From positions 2,499-66,498 of the forward strand of contig JAKSPT010000012.1 in the NCBI GenBank assembly GCA_024404495.1: a DNA stretch of 64,000 nt. The letters run 5' to 3'. The stretch is from Lachnospiraceae bacterium. Lineage in GTDB: Bacteria > Bacillota > Clostridia > Oscillospirales > CAG-272. The notes below the pieces were generated by a model. That model searched no databases and had not been told where the DNA came from. It worked only from the letters and a program-made list of their open reading frames with translations. The first letter of the stretch is position 1. The number at the start of each line of letters is the position of its first letter. The translations under genes and the position numbers were made by a program. This document shows positions 1-8,500 of the stretch, in pieces.

Positions 1-1083
1 GACCTCGTAGCGCTCCTTGATGCCGCGCAGGATCGAAACGGTGTCGGCGACGGAGGGTTCGTCGATCAGGACGGGCTGAAATCTGCGTTCGAGCGCGGCG
101 TCCTTTTCGATATACTTGCGGTATTCGTCGAGCGTCGTCGCGCCGATGCAGTGCAGCTCGCCGCGCGCGAGCATCGGTTTTAACAGGTTGCCCGCGTCCA
201 TCGCGCCCTCGGTCTTCCCCGCCCCGACGATCGTGTGAAGCTCGTCGATGAAGAGGATGATCCTGCCGTCCGAGCTTTTGACCTCGTTCAGCACGGCTTT
301 CAGTCTCTCCTCAAACTCGCCGCGGTATTTTGCTCCGGCGACAAGCGCGCCCATATCGAGCGAGAAGAGCGAGCGGTCCTTGAGGTTGTCGGGCACGTCG
401 CCCCGGACGATCCGGAGCGCCAGCCCCTCGGCGATGGCGGTCTTGCCGACGCCGGGCTCGCCGATAAGACAGGGATTGTTCTTCGTTTTGCGGGAGAGGA
501 TGCGGATGACGTTGCGGATCTCCTCGTCCCTGCCGATCACGGGATCGAGCTTCTGCTCTCTCGCGAGGGCGACGAGGTCCTGCCCGTACTTTTTCAGCAC
601 GTCGTAGGTCCCCTCGGGATCGGAGGAGGTCACTCTCGTGTTTCCGCGCACCGAACGGAGCGCGTCAAGGAAGCTTTTTCTCGTGATCCCCGCCGCTCCG
701 AAGACCTTTTTCAGTCCGTCCGAGGGCTTGGAGAGGAAGGCGAGGAAGAGGTGCTCCACCGAGACGTATTCGTCCTTCATATTCGCTGCCTCTGTCTCCG
801 CCTCGCGGAGAGCGGCGTCGAGAACGGACGAAAGATAGAGTTTATCGGCGGTCGTGCCGCTCACCTTCGGGAAGCGGGAGACCACGCCGGTCACGAGCTC
901 GGCAAGGGAGGAGGGGTCCTGCCCCATTCCCGAAAGCAGCGAGGGGATCAGTCCGTCGCTCTGCCGGAGCAGGGCGAGGAGGATATGCTCCTCTTCAAGC
1001 TGTTGATTGCCGTATTCCGCAGCGATCCCCTGCCCGTCCCGGATCGCCTCCAGGCTTTTCTGCGTCAGTTTTTCTGCGTTCAT
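1..1083 (-). CDS. clpB: ClpB-type AAA+ disaggregase, N-terminal part (gene continues beyond the window's left (5') edge, so its 3' end is not seen)
   Basis: Minus-strand translation from ATG 1083..1081 gives [39 protein letters not shown]. Hand translation further in gives [20 protein letters not shown] (Walker A, 421..480) and [20 protein letters not shown] (Walker B, 241..300). It is absent from the ORF track because there is no stop in the window. The + ORF 235..1308 is its antisense shadow. Confidence 0.85.
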   Translation of the reverse strand, partial: MNAEKLTQKSLEAIRDGQGIAAEYGNQQLEEEHILLALLRQSDGLIPSLLSGMGQDPSSLAELVTGVVSRFPKVSGTTADKLYLSSVLDAALREAETEAANMKDEYVSVEHLFLAFLSKPSDGLKKVFGAAGITRKSFLDALRSVRGNTRVTSSDPEGTYDVLKKYGQDLVALAREQKLDPVIGRDEEIRNVIRILSRKTKNNPCLIGEPGVGKTAIAEGLALRIVRGDVPDNLKDRSLFSLDMGALVAGAKYRGEFEERLKAVLNEVKSSDGRIILFIDELHTIVGAGKTEGAMDAGNLLKPMLARGELHCIGATTLDEYRKYIEKDAALERRFQPVLIDEPSVADTVSILRGIKERYEV

Positions 1084-1098
1084 AAAATCACACTTTCT

Positions 1099-1761
1099 TT
1101 ACAAAATCAGTCTGCTGCGGGAAACGTAATCGGTAAAGACCCGTCTCACCGCCTCCGCCGCGTTCGCGGAACGGTTCAGTTCATAAAAATACGCCTTGAG
1201 AGCCGAATCAAAGGCTCTTACGTAGTTTGCGATCAGCTCGCCCACGGTATCCGCGCTGAGCGCGCCGGGGACCGCGCTTCCGTTTTCACGGAGGACGAGC
1301 TTTCTTGAAAATCTGCCGCTCGCGATCTCGTAATCGACGTCGCCGAAGGTCCCGGTCTCAAGGGAGGTCCAGATCCGGCAGAAGTCTGTCATCAGAAGAA
1401 TGAGATTTTCGTTCTGCGTGCGGAGCTGAACGCGGAGCGTTCCGATCTCCCCGCCCTCTTCCCGGCAGAGCTCCACGCTGTACCGGACGGTCGGGTTGTA
1501 TTTGTACGCGATCGCCGAGCGGAGATTCATCATGCTCTCCGACGGGCGCGCGGGCATCTGGAAGTCCTCCGATCCGGTTAAAATCGTTTCGATCCGCCCG
1601 AACACGTCCCGCATCCTCTTTTCGGGGGTGACGAAGGAAACGTATTCCGCGAGAATCTGATTGATCATATTCGACCGGTTGGTGTTCTTCATATAGGCGA
1701 GACGGTCGATCTTCGCCACGATCTCATCGGTAAGCACGAGGCTGTAAACACTTTTTGTCAT
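1099..1761 (-). CDS. Hypothetical protein with N-terminal ribbon-helix-helix (CopG-like) DNA-binding motif and an unassigned ~170-aa C-terminal domain
   Basis: Track ORF 1099..1809. The likely start is the second Met (MTKSVYSLVLTDEIVAKIDRLAYMKNTNRSNMINQILAEYV), which has an RHH-like beta-strand/helix/helix pattern. Its stop lies 15 nt upstream of the clpB ATG. Confidence 0.6.
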   Translation of the reverse strand: MTKSVYSLVLTDEIVAKIDRLAYMKNTNRSNMINQILAEYVSFVTPEKRMRDVFGRIETILTGSEDFQMPARPSESMMNLRSAIAYKYNPTVRYSVELCREEGGEIGTLRVQLRTQNENLILLMTDFCRIWTSLETGTFGDVDYEIASGRFSRKLVLRENGSAVPGALSADTVGELIANYVRAFDSALKAYFYELNRSANAAEAVRRVFTDYVSRSRLIL

Positions 1762-1813
1762 TTCCGTTTGGCTTTCGCTTTTTGAAAGCGTCCTTTCTTC
1801 CGATTGCAAGGAT

Positions 1814-1842
1814 ATTATACCACGGTTTATTTATTCTGTCAA
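1814..1842 (-). promoter_or_regulatory. Sigma-A-type promoter for the RHH-clpB operon
   Basis: Minus strand reads TTGACA (1842..1837), a 17-nt spacer, then TATAAT (1819..1814). Confidence 0.6.
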
Positions 1843-1923
1843 TAGGTTTATATAAATTATTTTACGAGTTTTGCAAATTTCTTTCCGTTTTTCAGGGAAA
1901 GCGGTTTGTTCATAAATTCTATG

Positions 1924-1952
1924 TTTACAAAAAGCGTATCCTTTGTTATAAT
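1924..1952 (+). promoter_or_regulatory. Sigma-A-type promoter for DUF1385-prmC
   Basis: TTTACA (1924..1929), 17-nt spacer, TATAAT (1947..1952). It is divergent from the RHH-clpB promoter. Confidence 0.5.
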
Positions 1953-1982
1953 AAGGATACTTCTTTTTGGAAAGGAACCGAT

Positions 1983-3059
1983 ATGGAAGAAAAGAAACTC
2001 CGTCCCCAGCACCCGATCAAAGAACGCCTCGGCGTCGTCGGCGGTCAGGCTGTGCTCGAGGGCGTTATGATGAAAAACAAGGACCGCTGCTCGGTGGCGG
2101 TCAGAAAAGAGGACGGCACGGTCGAGGTCATCAACAGCACCTTCACCTCGGTCCGGAAAAAACACAAGATCCTGAACCTCCCGCTGATCCGCGGCGTCGT
2201 GAACTTCGTGGAAATGATGATCCTCAGCTTCTCCACCCTCACGACCTCCGCCGAAGCGCTCGGCATCGACGACAGCGAACCCGAAAACAAATTTGAGGAA
2301 TGGCTGCTCAAAACCTTCGGGGAGCACCTCTTCGGCGCCCTGATGTTCGTCGCCGGGATCCTCGGCGTCGCGCTCGCGCTCGTCATCTTCGTCGGTCTGC
2401 CCGCCCTCATCACGAAGGGGCTGGCGCTGCTCTTCAAAACGACCTTTTCCCATTTCGTCACCAGTCTGATCGAGGGCGTGCTGAAGATCGCGATCTTCAT
2501 CGCCTATCTTTCCCTCGTCTCGCTGATGAAGGATATCCGCCGCACCTTTGAGTATCACGGCGCGGAGCACAAGTCGATCTTCTGCTACGAGGACGGCGAA
2601 GAGCTCACCCCCGAAAACGTGAAGAAATATATCCGCTTCCATCCCCGCTGCGGCACGAGCTTCATCTTCGTGATGCTGATCCTTTCGATCTTCATCGGTG
2701 CCCTGCCCTTCATCCCGACCGAAAGCGTCCCGCTCCGCGTCCTCTGCAAGTTCGCGCTGATCCCCGTTCTCGTCGGCATCGGGTACGAGTTCATCATCCT
2801 CGCCGGCAAGCACGACAACGCCTTCACCCGCATCCTCTCGGCGCCCGGTCTCTGGATGCAGCGCATCACGACGAGAGAACCCGACCTCGAGCAGATCGAG
2901 TGTGCCATCGCCGCGCTGAAATCCTCCATGCCCGACGAGTTCCCGGATTTCGATCCGCACGTTTACGATCATCCCGTGAAAACGGAAGAGACTGCCCCCG
3001 CAGAGGAAGCCGCCCCCGCAGAGACGGAAGAGCCGAAAGAGACCGGAGATGCCGAATAA
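1983..3059 (+). CDS. DUF1385 (YqhQ-like) membrane protein
   Basis: Start MEEKKLRPQHPIKERLGVVGGQAVLEGVMMKN lies inside track ORF 1755..3059, with an AAAGGA RBS. Contains the EYHGAEHK motif and several TM segments. It overlaps prmC by 11 nt, the usual Firmicute synteny. Confidence 0.75.
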   Translation: MEEKKLRPQHPIKERLGVVGGQAVLEGVMMKNKDRCSVAVRKEDGTVEVINSTFTSVRKKHKILNLPLIRGVVNFVEMMILSFSTLTTSAEALGIDDSEPENKFEEWLLKTFGEHLFGALMFVAGILGVALALVIFVGLPALITKGLALLFKTTFSHFVTSLIEGVLKIAIFIAYLSLVSLMKDIRRTFEYHGAEHKSIFCYEDGEELTPENVKKYIRFHPRCGTSFIFVMLILSIFIGALPFIPTESVPLRVLCKFALIPVLVGIGYEFIILAGKHDNAFTRILSAPGLWMQRITTREPDLEQIECAIAALKSSMPDEFPDFDPHVYDHPVKTEETAPAEEAAPAETEEPKETGDAE

Positions 3060-3780
3060 TTCCGAAGAATTCGCGCCCGATTTCAGGGAACGCGCGCTGA
3101 TCCGGGAAAAGTACCCCGATGAAGCCGATTATCTCGCCGCCGTCGAACGGATGAAGGCGGGAGAACCGCTCGGGTACGTCCTCGGTGAATGGTATTTCTA
3201 CGGGCTCACCTTCCTTCTGAACCGGGACTGCCTCATTCCCCGCCCCGAGACCGAACACCTCGTGGAATATCTGATCGGGAATCTCCCGAAAAACGCCTTT
3301 TTCCTCGACCTCTGCACGGGAAGCGGCTGTATCGCGATCTCGGTGCTGAAGCACCGTCCCGACTGCACCGCGCTCGCCGCCGATCTTTCGGAGGGGGCGC
3401 TGAAAGCGGCAAAGAAAAACGCCGCGCAAAACGGCGTTTCGGAGCGGATCACCTTCGTCCGTGCCGATATTCTGAACGAGATCGTTCTTCCCGGCGACCC
3501 GGACGCGGTCGCCTCCAATCCTCCCTATATCCGCAAGGACATCATCCCCACGCTTTCCGAGCAGGTCCGGCGCGAACCGGTCCTCGCGCTCGACGGCGGG
3601 GAGGACGGGCTGATCTTCTACCGCCGCCGCGCTGTCGATTACCTTCCGAAGATGCAAAAAGGCGCGCTCCTCGCGGCCGGGATCGGGTACGATCAGGGCG
3701 ACGCGATGCGCGCGCTCGGCTGTGACGCGGTATATCAGGATTACAGCGGCAACGACCGCGTTGCCGTCTTCAAAAAATAA
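3049..3780 (+). CDS. prmC: Release-factor glutamine N5-methyltransferase (HemK/PrmC)
   Basis: 243 aa. SAM-binding LDLCTGSGCIAIS and catalytic NPPY (ASNPPYI) motifs. Confidence 0.85.
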   Translation: MPNNSEEFAPDFRERALIREKYPDEADYLAAVERMKAGEPLGYVLGEWYFYGLTFLLNRDCLIPRPETEHLVEYLIGNLPKNAFFLDLCTGSGCIAISVLKHRPDCTALAADLSEGALKAAKKNAAQNGVSERITFVRADILNEIVLPGDPDAVASNPPYIRKDIIPTLSEQVRREPVLALDGGEDGLIFYRRRAVDYLPKMQKGALLAAGIGYDQGDAMRALGCDAVYQDYSGNDRVAVFKK

Positions 3781-3783
3781 ATT

Positions 3784-3811
3784 AAAAAACCGCCTTACGG
3801 CGGTTTTTTTG
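3784..3811. terminator. Bidirectional rho-independent terminator
   Basis: aaaaaccgcc-ttac-ggcggttttt hairpin flanked by A and T runs, between the convergent genes prmC and the ABC-2 permease. Confidence 0.7.
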
Positions 3812-3812
3812 A

Positions 3813-4466
3813 TTATAAGTCGATCTTTTCAAACCTTTTTATCGAGTTTTTGATACCGAGAAGGGTGAACGCGGCGAAGAGCAGCGCACCGGCGGCAAGG
3901 ACGATAAGCTGCGGTACGATCTCGGTGAAGCCGAAGCCGTTCAGTCCGCCGAGTCCCGGAAAATGGTGCAGGGATTCCGCGAGGACGACAACGAGCATCG
4001 CTGCGATAATGTAGAAAATGAAAGGCTTGCCGAATTTGTACGCGGTCCTGAAAAATCCGCCGACGAACACGAGATTGAAAATCCCGTAGATCAACAGAAC
4101 GAACCCGAGGAAGGTGAAGTTCGCGCACATCAGGGCGTTTGCCGTATAAGCGGCGGCGGCGCTCAGAAACAGCATCCGTATCAGCGTGAAAACCGTCATC
4201 GCAAGGAAGCCGCACCCCTCGATGAAGAGAACGAACAGGTATTTTCCCTTTACGATATCCTTTTTCGCGACCGGAAGCAGGAGCGAATAGCCGATATCGT
4301 TGTTTTCTCTCGTCGTCTGGAAGGAATAGAAGATGCCGAGCGTAATGAAGAACGCCCCGAGCAGGATCGGATATCCGGGCACGAAGGTCAGCGCCGCGGC
4401 GGCAAGAAACCAGAAGGAAAGCGGAGAGGCGGCAAGGCGGATCTCTTTCCAAAGCATCTTTTTCAT
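3813..4466 (-). CDS. ABC-2 type transporter permease
   Basis: Start MKKMLWKEIRLAASPLSFWF (internal Met of track ORF 3813..4616) overlaps the upstream ATPase stop as ATGA. About six hydrophobic segments. Confidence 0.7.
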   Translation of the reverse strand: MKKMLWKEIRLAASPLSFWFLAAAALTFVPGYPILLGAFFITLGIFYSFQTTRENNDIGYSLLLPVAKKDIVKGKYLFVLFIEGCGFLAMTVFTLIRMLFLSAAAAYTANALMCANFTFLGFVLLIYGIFNLVFVGGFFRTAYKFGKPFIFYIIAAMLVVVLAESLHHFPGLGGLNGFGFTEIVPQLIVLAAGALLFAAFTLLGIKNSIKRFEKIDL

Positions 4467-5194
4467 CTCGTTCCCTCCTCCCTTGCCTCTTTTTCGAGGC
4501 GAAGCATCGTTTCCTCGAGCGTTTCGCCCGGAAGACCGAGTTTCTCCCCAAAGCCTTCCTTCGTGTCGGCAAGCACGATCTTTCCCTGCCGGATATAGAC
4601 GATGCGGTCGGCGCACTTTTCAAGGTCGGAGGTGATATGCGTGGAGAAGAAGATCGCCGTTCCCTGCTTTTTCAGCATCGTGAACAGCTCGGTCAGCTCG
4701 TCTCTCGAAAACGGGTCGAGACCGCTCGTCGGCTCGTCGAGGATCAGAAGCTCCGCGCGGTGGGAGAGCGCAAACAGCAGATTGCACTTGACCTTCATCC
4801 CCTCCGAAAGCTCGGAGGGCGTTTTGTTTTCGTCGAGCGCGAAAAGGTCGAGATAGTACCGGTAGCTTTCCTCGTCCCAGTTCCCGTAAAAGGTTTTGGA
4901 AACCGACGCGAGCTCCTTCAGCTTCCGTTTCGGATAATAATTGACCGTTCCGGTCGAATAACCGATACGCTGCTTGATCGCGTTCTCGTTCCCGACAAGC
5001 GGCAGACCGAAATAGGTGATCTCGCCGCCCGAGGGATGAACGATATTCAGTATCGACTTGATCGTCGTCGTTTTTCCCGCGCCGTTGCGCCCGATGAAGC
5101 CGGTGATCGTCCCCGCCTCAAGTGAGAACGAAACGTCGGTAAGGGAAAACTTCGGATACTGTTTTTCCAGATGCCGTACCTCTAAAATGCTCAT
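4463..5194 (-). CDS. ABC transporter ATP-binding protein
   Basis: 243 aa. Walker A GRNGAGKTT, signature LSEGMK, Walker B LLILDEPTSGLD. Confidence 0.85.
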   Translation of the reverse strand: MSILEVRHLEKQYPKFSLTDVSFSLEAGTITGFIGRNGAGKTTTIKSILNIVHPSGGEITYFGLPLVGNENAIKQRIGYSTGTVNYYPKRKLKELASVSKTFYGNWDEESYRYYLDLFALDENKTPSELSEGMKVKCNLLFALSHRAELLILDEPTSGLDPFSRDELTELFTMLKKQGTAIFFSTHITSDLEKCADRIVYIRQGKIVLADTKEGFGEKLGLPGETLEETMLRLEKEAREEGTR

Positions 5195-5439
5195 TTTGCG
5201 TCCTTTCCTTCCTTTTCCCCGAAGATGCGGGAGCCGAACATAGCAAGCTCCGTTTTCGGCGGGATCGCGATCCCGAGCTGTTCGTCGCCGAGCAGAAGCA
5301 GGGTGTCCCCGGGATGAATGTCAAATAATTCTCTTGCCTGTTTCGGGATCACGATCTGCCCTTTTTCTCCGACCGTGACCGCCCACGCGTATTTGCCTGC
5401 AGGCATTTTGCCTGCCGGCATCGTTTTGTTCTTTTCCAT
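5191..5439 (-). CDS. AbrB/MazE/SpoVT-family DNA-binding protein
   Basis: 82 aa. The core VTVGEKGQIVIPKQARELFDIHPGDTLLLLGD is typical of the SpoVT-AbrB swapped-hairpin fold. 4-nt overlap with the ATPase gene. Confidence 0.7.
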   Translation of the reverse strand: MEKNKTMPAGKMPAGKYAWAVTVGEKGQIVIPKQARELFDIHPGDTLLLLGDEQLGIAIPPKTELAMFGSRIFGEKEGKDAK

Positions 5440-5477
5440 TTTGCACCCCTGTATGATAAGTATGATTTGTATAACAG

Positions 5478-5506
5478 ATTATACCACGGTGAATCCGTTT
5501 TGTCAA
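5478..5506 (-). promoter_or_regulatory. Sigma-A-type promoter of the abrB-like/ABC operon
   Basis: Minus strand: TTGACA (5506..5501), 17 nt, TATAAT (5483..5478). Confidence 0.6.
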
Positions 5507-5523
5507 GAATTTTTTTCGGAGTA

Positions 5524-5552
5524 TTGCATAACAAAAACGAATATGCTATAAT
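5524..5552 (+). promoter_or_regulatory. Sigma-A-type promoter of the 1236-aa surface protein gene
   Basis: TTGCAT (5524..5529), 17 nt, TATAAT (5547..5552). Confidence 0.55.
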
Positions 5553-5585
5553 AATTTTAATTATGGCAAGAAAGGATATCACCGA

Positions 5586-8500
5586 ATGAAAAGAACATTG
5601 TCACTGTTTCTTTCGTTCCTCATGCTGATCGGCTGCATCGCGCCCCTGACCGCGTTCGCTGCCGATCCTGCCGCCGTCACGCTCCACGCGTGTGACGCGG
5701 CGTCGGGCTTCACCGCAAAAAGCGCGACGCTGACCCCGCAGACCGGCACTTATCACGGCGAAGCGAATCAAACCGCGTTGATGGGCAAAGGAACCCCCGG
5801 CACGATCCAGCTGATCGCGTCGTGGTCCCCGGTCGACCTCTCCGCCTATAAGCCGAGTGAGCTGTTTCTGCATTTTTGGTTCTATATCGCAGATGCCTCT
5901 GCCAAAAACGGCGGCGGTCAGATCGAGCTGACCTCCTCCGGCACCTCCGACAAAGAGGAACTGAACTGGTACACGAACGATTTCAGCCTCGTTGACGGTT
6001 GGAACGAGTACCTGATCCCCTTTGAATTCGGAAACGATACCGGTCTTAATTTCTCGGGTCTCAATTATTTCCGTATGTATCTGAAGCTTGGAAAGGAGGT
6101 TGACATCGGTATGGATCAGATCGAGATCCTCATTCAGAAGGATGAGGAAGCAGCGGACAGCTCTTCGGTTCACGTCATTTCAAAATGCGATAAGGCGACC
6201 GACGTTTCAACGGGTCTCGTTCAGCTTTCCCCGAAGGAAGTGACCCTTCCCGACGGGACGAAATCGACCGCGCTGATGGGCGACCGTCCGCAGAGCGACA
6301 AGACCGAGACCATATCGGTCCGCTTCTCGGCGATGGACCTTTCCGAATACCCCGATGAGGATATCTTCCTCCATTTCTGGTTCTATATCTCGGATGCCTC
6401 CGCCTATAAATCCAATACCCAGATCGAGCTGTGCTCGGGCGGCAACTGCGATATCGAGGAAGCCCACTGGTGGACGAGCTATTATCCCTACAAAACCGGC
6501 TGGAACGAATATCTGCTCCCGCTTTCCAAGGCGGATTTCAGTTCCAGCACGACCGGCGTCCCCTTCAATAAGTCCCACGTCAATTATTTCCGTTTCTATT
6601 TCACGCTGAGCAAAGCGGTTACGATCGGTATCGACAACATCGAGGTCCTGACCGTTCATCAGCAGAGCTACGAGGAGCGCTTTGACAACGGCACCGGCGG
6701 TCTGACCGCAGCGGGCGCTTCCCTCTCCGCCGCAAACGGGAAGCTGAAGGTCGCGATGCAGAACGCTTCCGCCGTCATCGGCAAGGACGTCCCGCTGAAC
6801 ACCCTTCGCCCCGGTACCGGCGTCGTTTCGTTCGATCTCTCTCCCGCCGATGCCGTCACGGGCGGCGAGGTCCGCATCCTTGACGCAAACGGCAGAAAGG
6901 CGGTCTACGCTTTCTCCTCCGCAAACTTCAAGAGCGGCAGATTCCATTCCTTCCTCAGCGATACGACCTCCCGCGACGACGGTTTCTCCTTCGGCGACGC
7001 CTCCCGCTTCGAGATCGAGCTGAAGGGAAAGCAGGGCGCGTCGGTCGAGATCGGCACGATCCGCGTCATGGACGTCAGCGAAGAACTGAACAACCGCATT
7101 ATTGACGTTTCGGGCGAGCTGACCTTCAATACCCTCGACACCTGCGCCCCGGTCGTGGAAGGGATCCGCGCTGATTTTGACCGTCTCGTCAATATGATCA
7201 ATTTCAACCCGGACAACCTCGCCACCGACTACGTTCCGAGCTATTTCGTCCTTCAGAATATGGAGAAGGAGATCGCCGCCTATCGCGACGCGAAAAAAAA
7301 CGGTCTTCTCACCACCGTCACGACCGACCGTCAGGTTTTAACCTCGGGCGAGCCGATCCGGCTGACCCTGAATCTGCAGAATATCGGCTCGGGCGCGCTG
7401 AACGACCTGAAATACGAGATCACCTATAACGATCTCTACCTGAAACTGACGAGCGGAAACGAAAAAGGAAGCGTTTCGGTCGCGGCAGGCAAAGACGGCG
7501 CGGTCACCTTCGGGTTCTCGGCGCTGACCGGCGGCGTTTCCGACGTGACGGTCAAGGTCACGGACGCAGCGGGCAAAAAGCTTGCCGAGCATAAGGTCCG
7601 TCTGACCGTTGACGGCGTCGGCTATTACAGCGCCGACTGCCATTCGCATTCCACCGTTTCCGACGGTTCGCCGACCCTTGCGCACAACTTCCGCTCGGCG
7701 TACGAAAAAGGGATGGCGTTCATCTACACCGCCGACCACAACGCGACCCTCGCGAACAATTATGACGTTGCCGCCGCGGATCAGATCATGAAGGACAGCG
7801 GCTATGCCGATTTCCTGACGGTCAAAGGTTCGGAAATCACCGTTTACGACGCGAACGGTCATCTGCTGAAATACAACTGCAATATCGACTTTTCCACCCT
7901 GCCTACCGGTATCACCGACGCCGACAAAGCACTCTGGCAGGAAATCATGACCAAAATCGTTGAGGACGGCGGCTACGCTTACCTCGCGCATCCCTTCCAT
8001 CTGTGGTATAACTTCCCGGGGCTTACGAGCGGCGAAATGGCTGCCCTCGGCAAAAACGGTTACAGCACCTGGGCAAACGGCGGTTGGCTCACTGCCAGAG
8101 ATAAAGATTTCTACCGCCCCGCCGACGGTATCAGGTACTATCACGGCTATACCGGCGTGGAAATTATGAACTGGATGAAGGGCGAGGAAAAATATCATTC
8201 CGAAGCGGTTCTGGAATACTGGGACAGAATGAACATCCTCGGCGAAAAGAAATACTACGGAATCGGCAATTCCGACGCGCACGAAACCAAAAACATCGCG
8301 ATGAATTACAACACCTTCCTTCTGAACGAACTGACCGAGGAAGAAATCCATAACGCGCTCGGAAACGGCAGACTGTACGTAACGAACGGTCCCGAAATGC
8401 GTATGACCCTCGACGGAAAGACCTTCGGTCAGACCGTGATCGTCGGCGGCACCGAAAGCAAGACCCTGAAGCTGACCGCAAAGACCTCCGGTCTTCCGAT

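Noticed and set aside
235-1308. 357-aa + strand ORF (and nested ORFs 248..607, 638..838)
   Set aside because: It is the antisense shadow of clpB and of the 3' end of the adjacent RHH gene. The minus strand translates into unmistakable ClpB motifs, and the + product is Arg/Gly/Asp-rich low-complexity sequence typical of GC-rich antisense frames.
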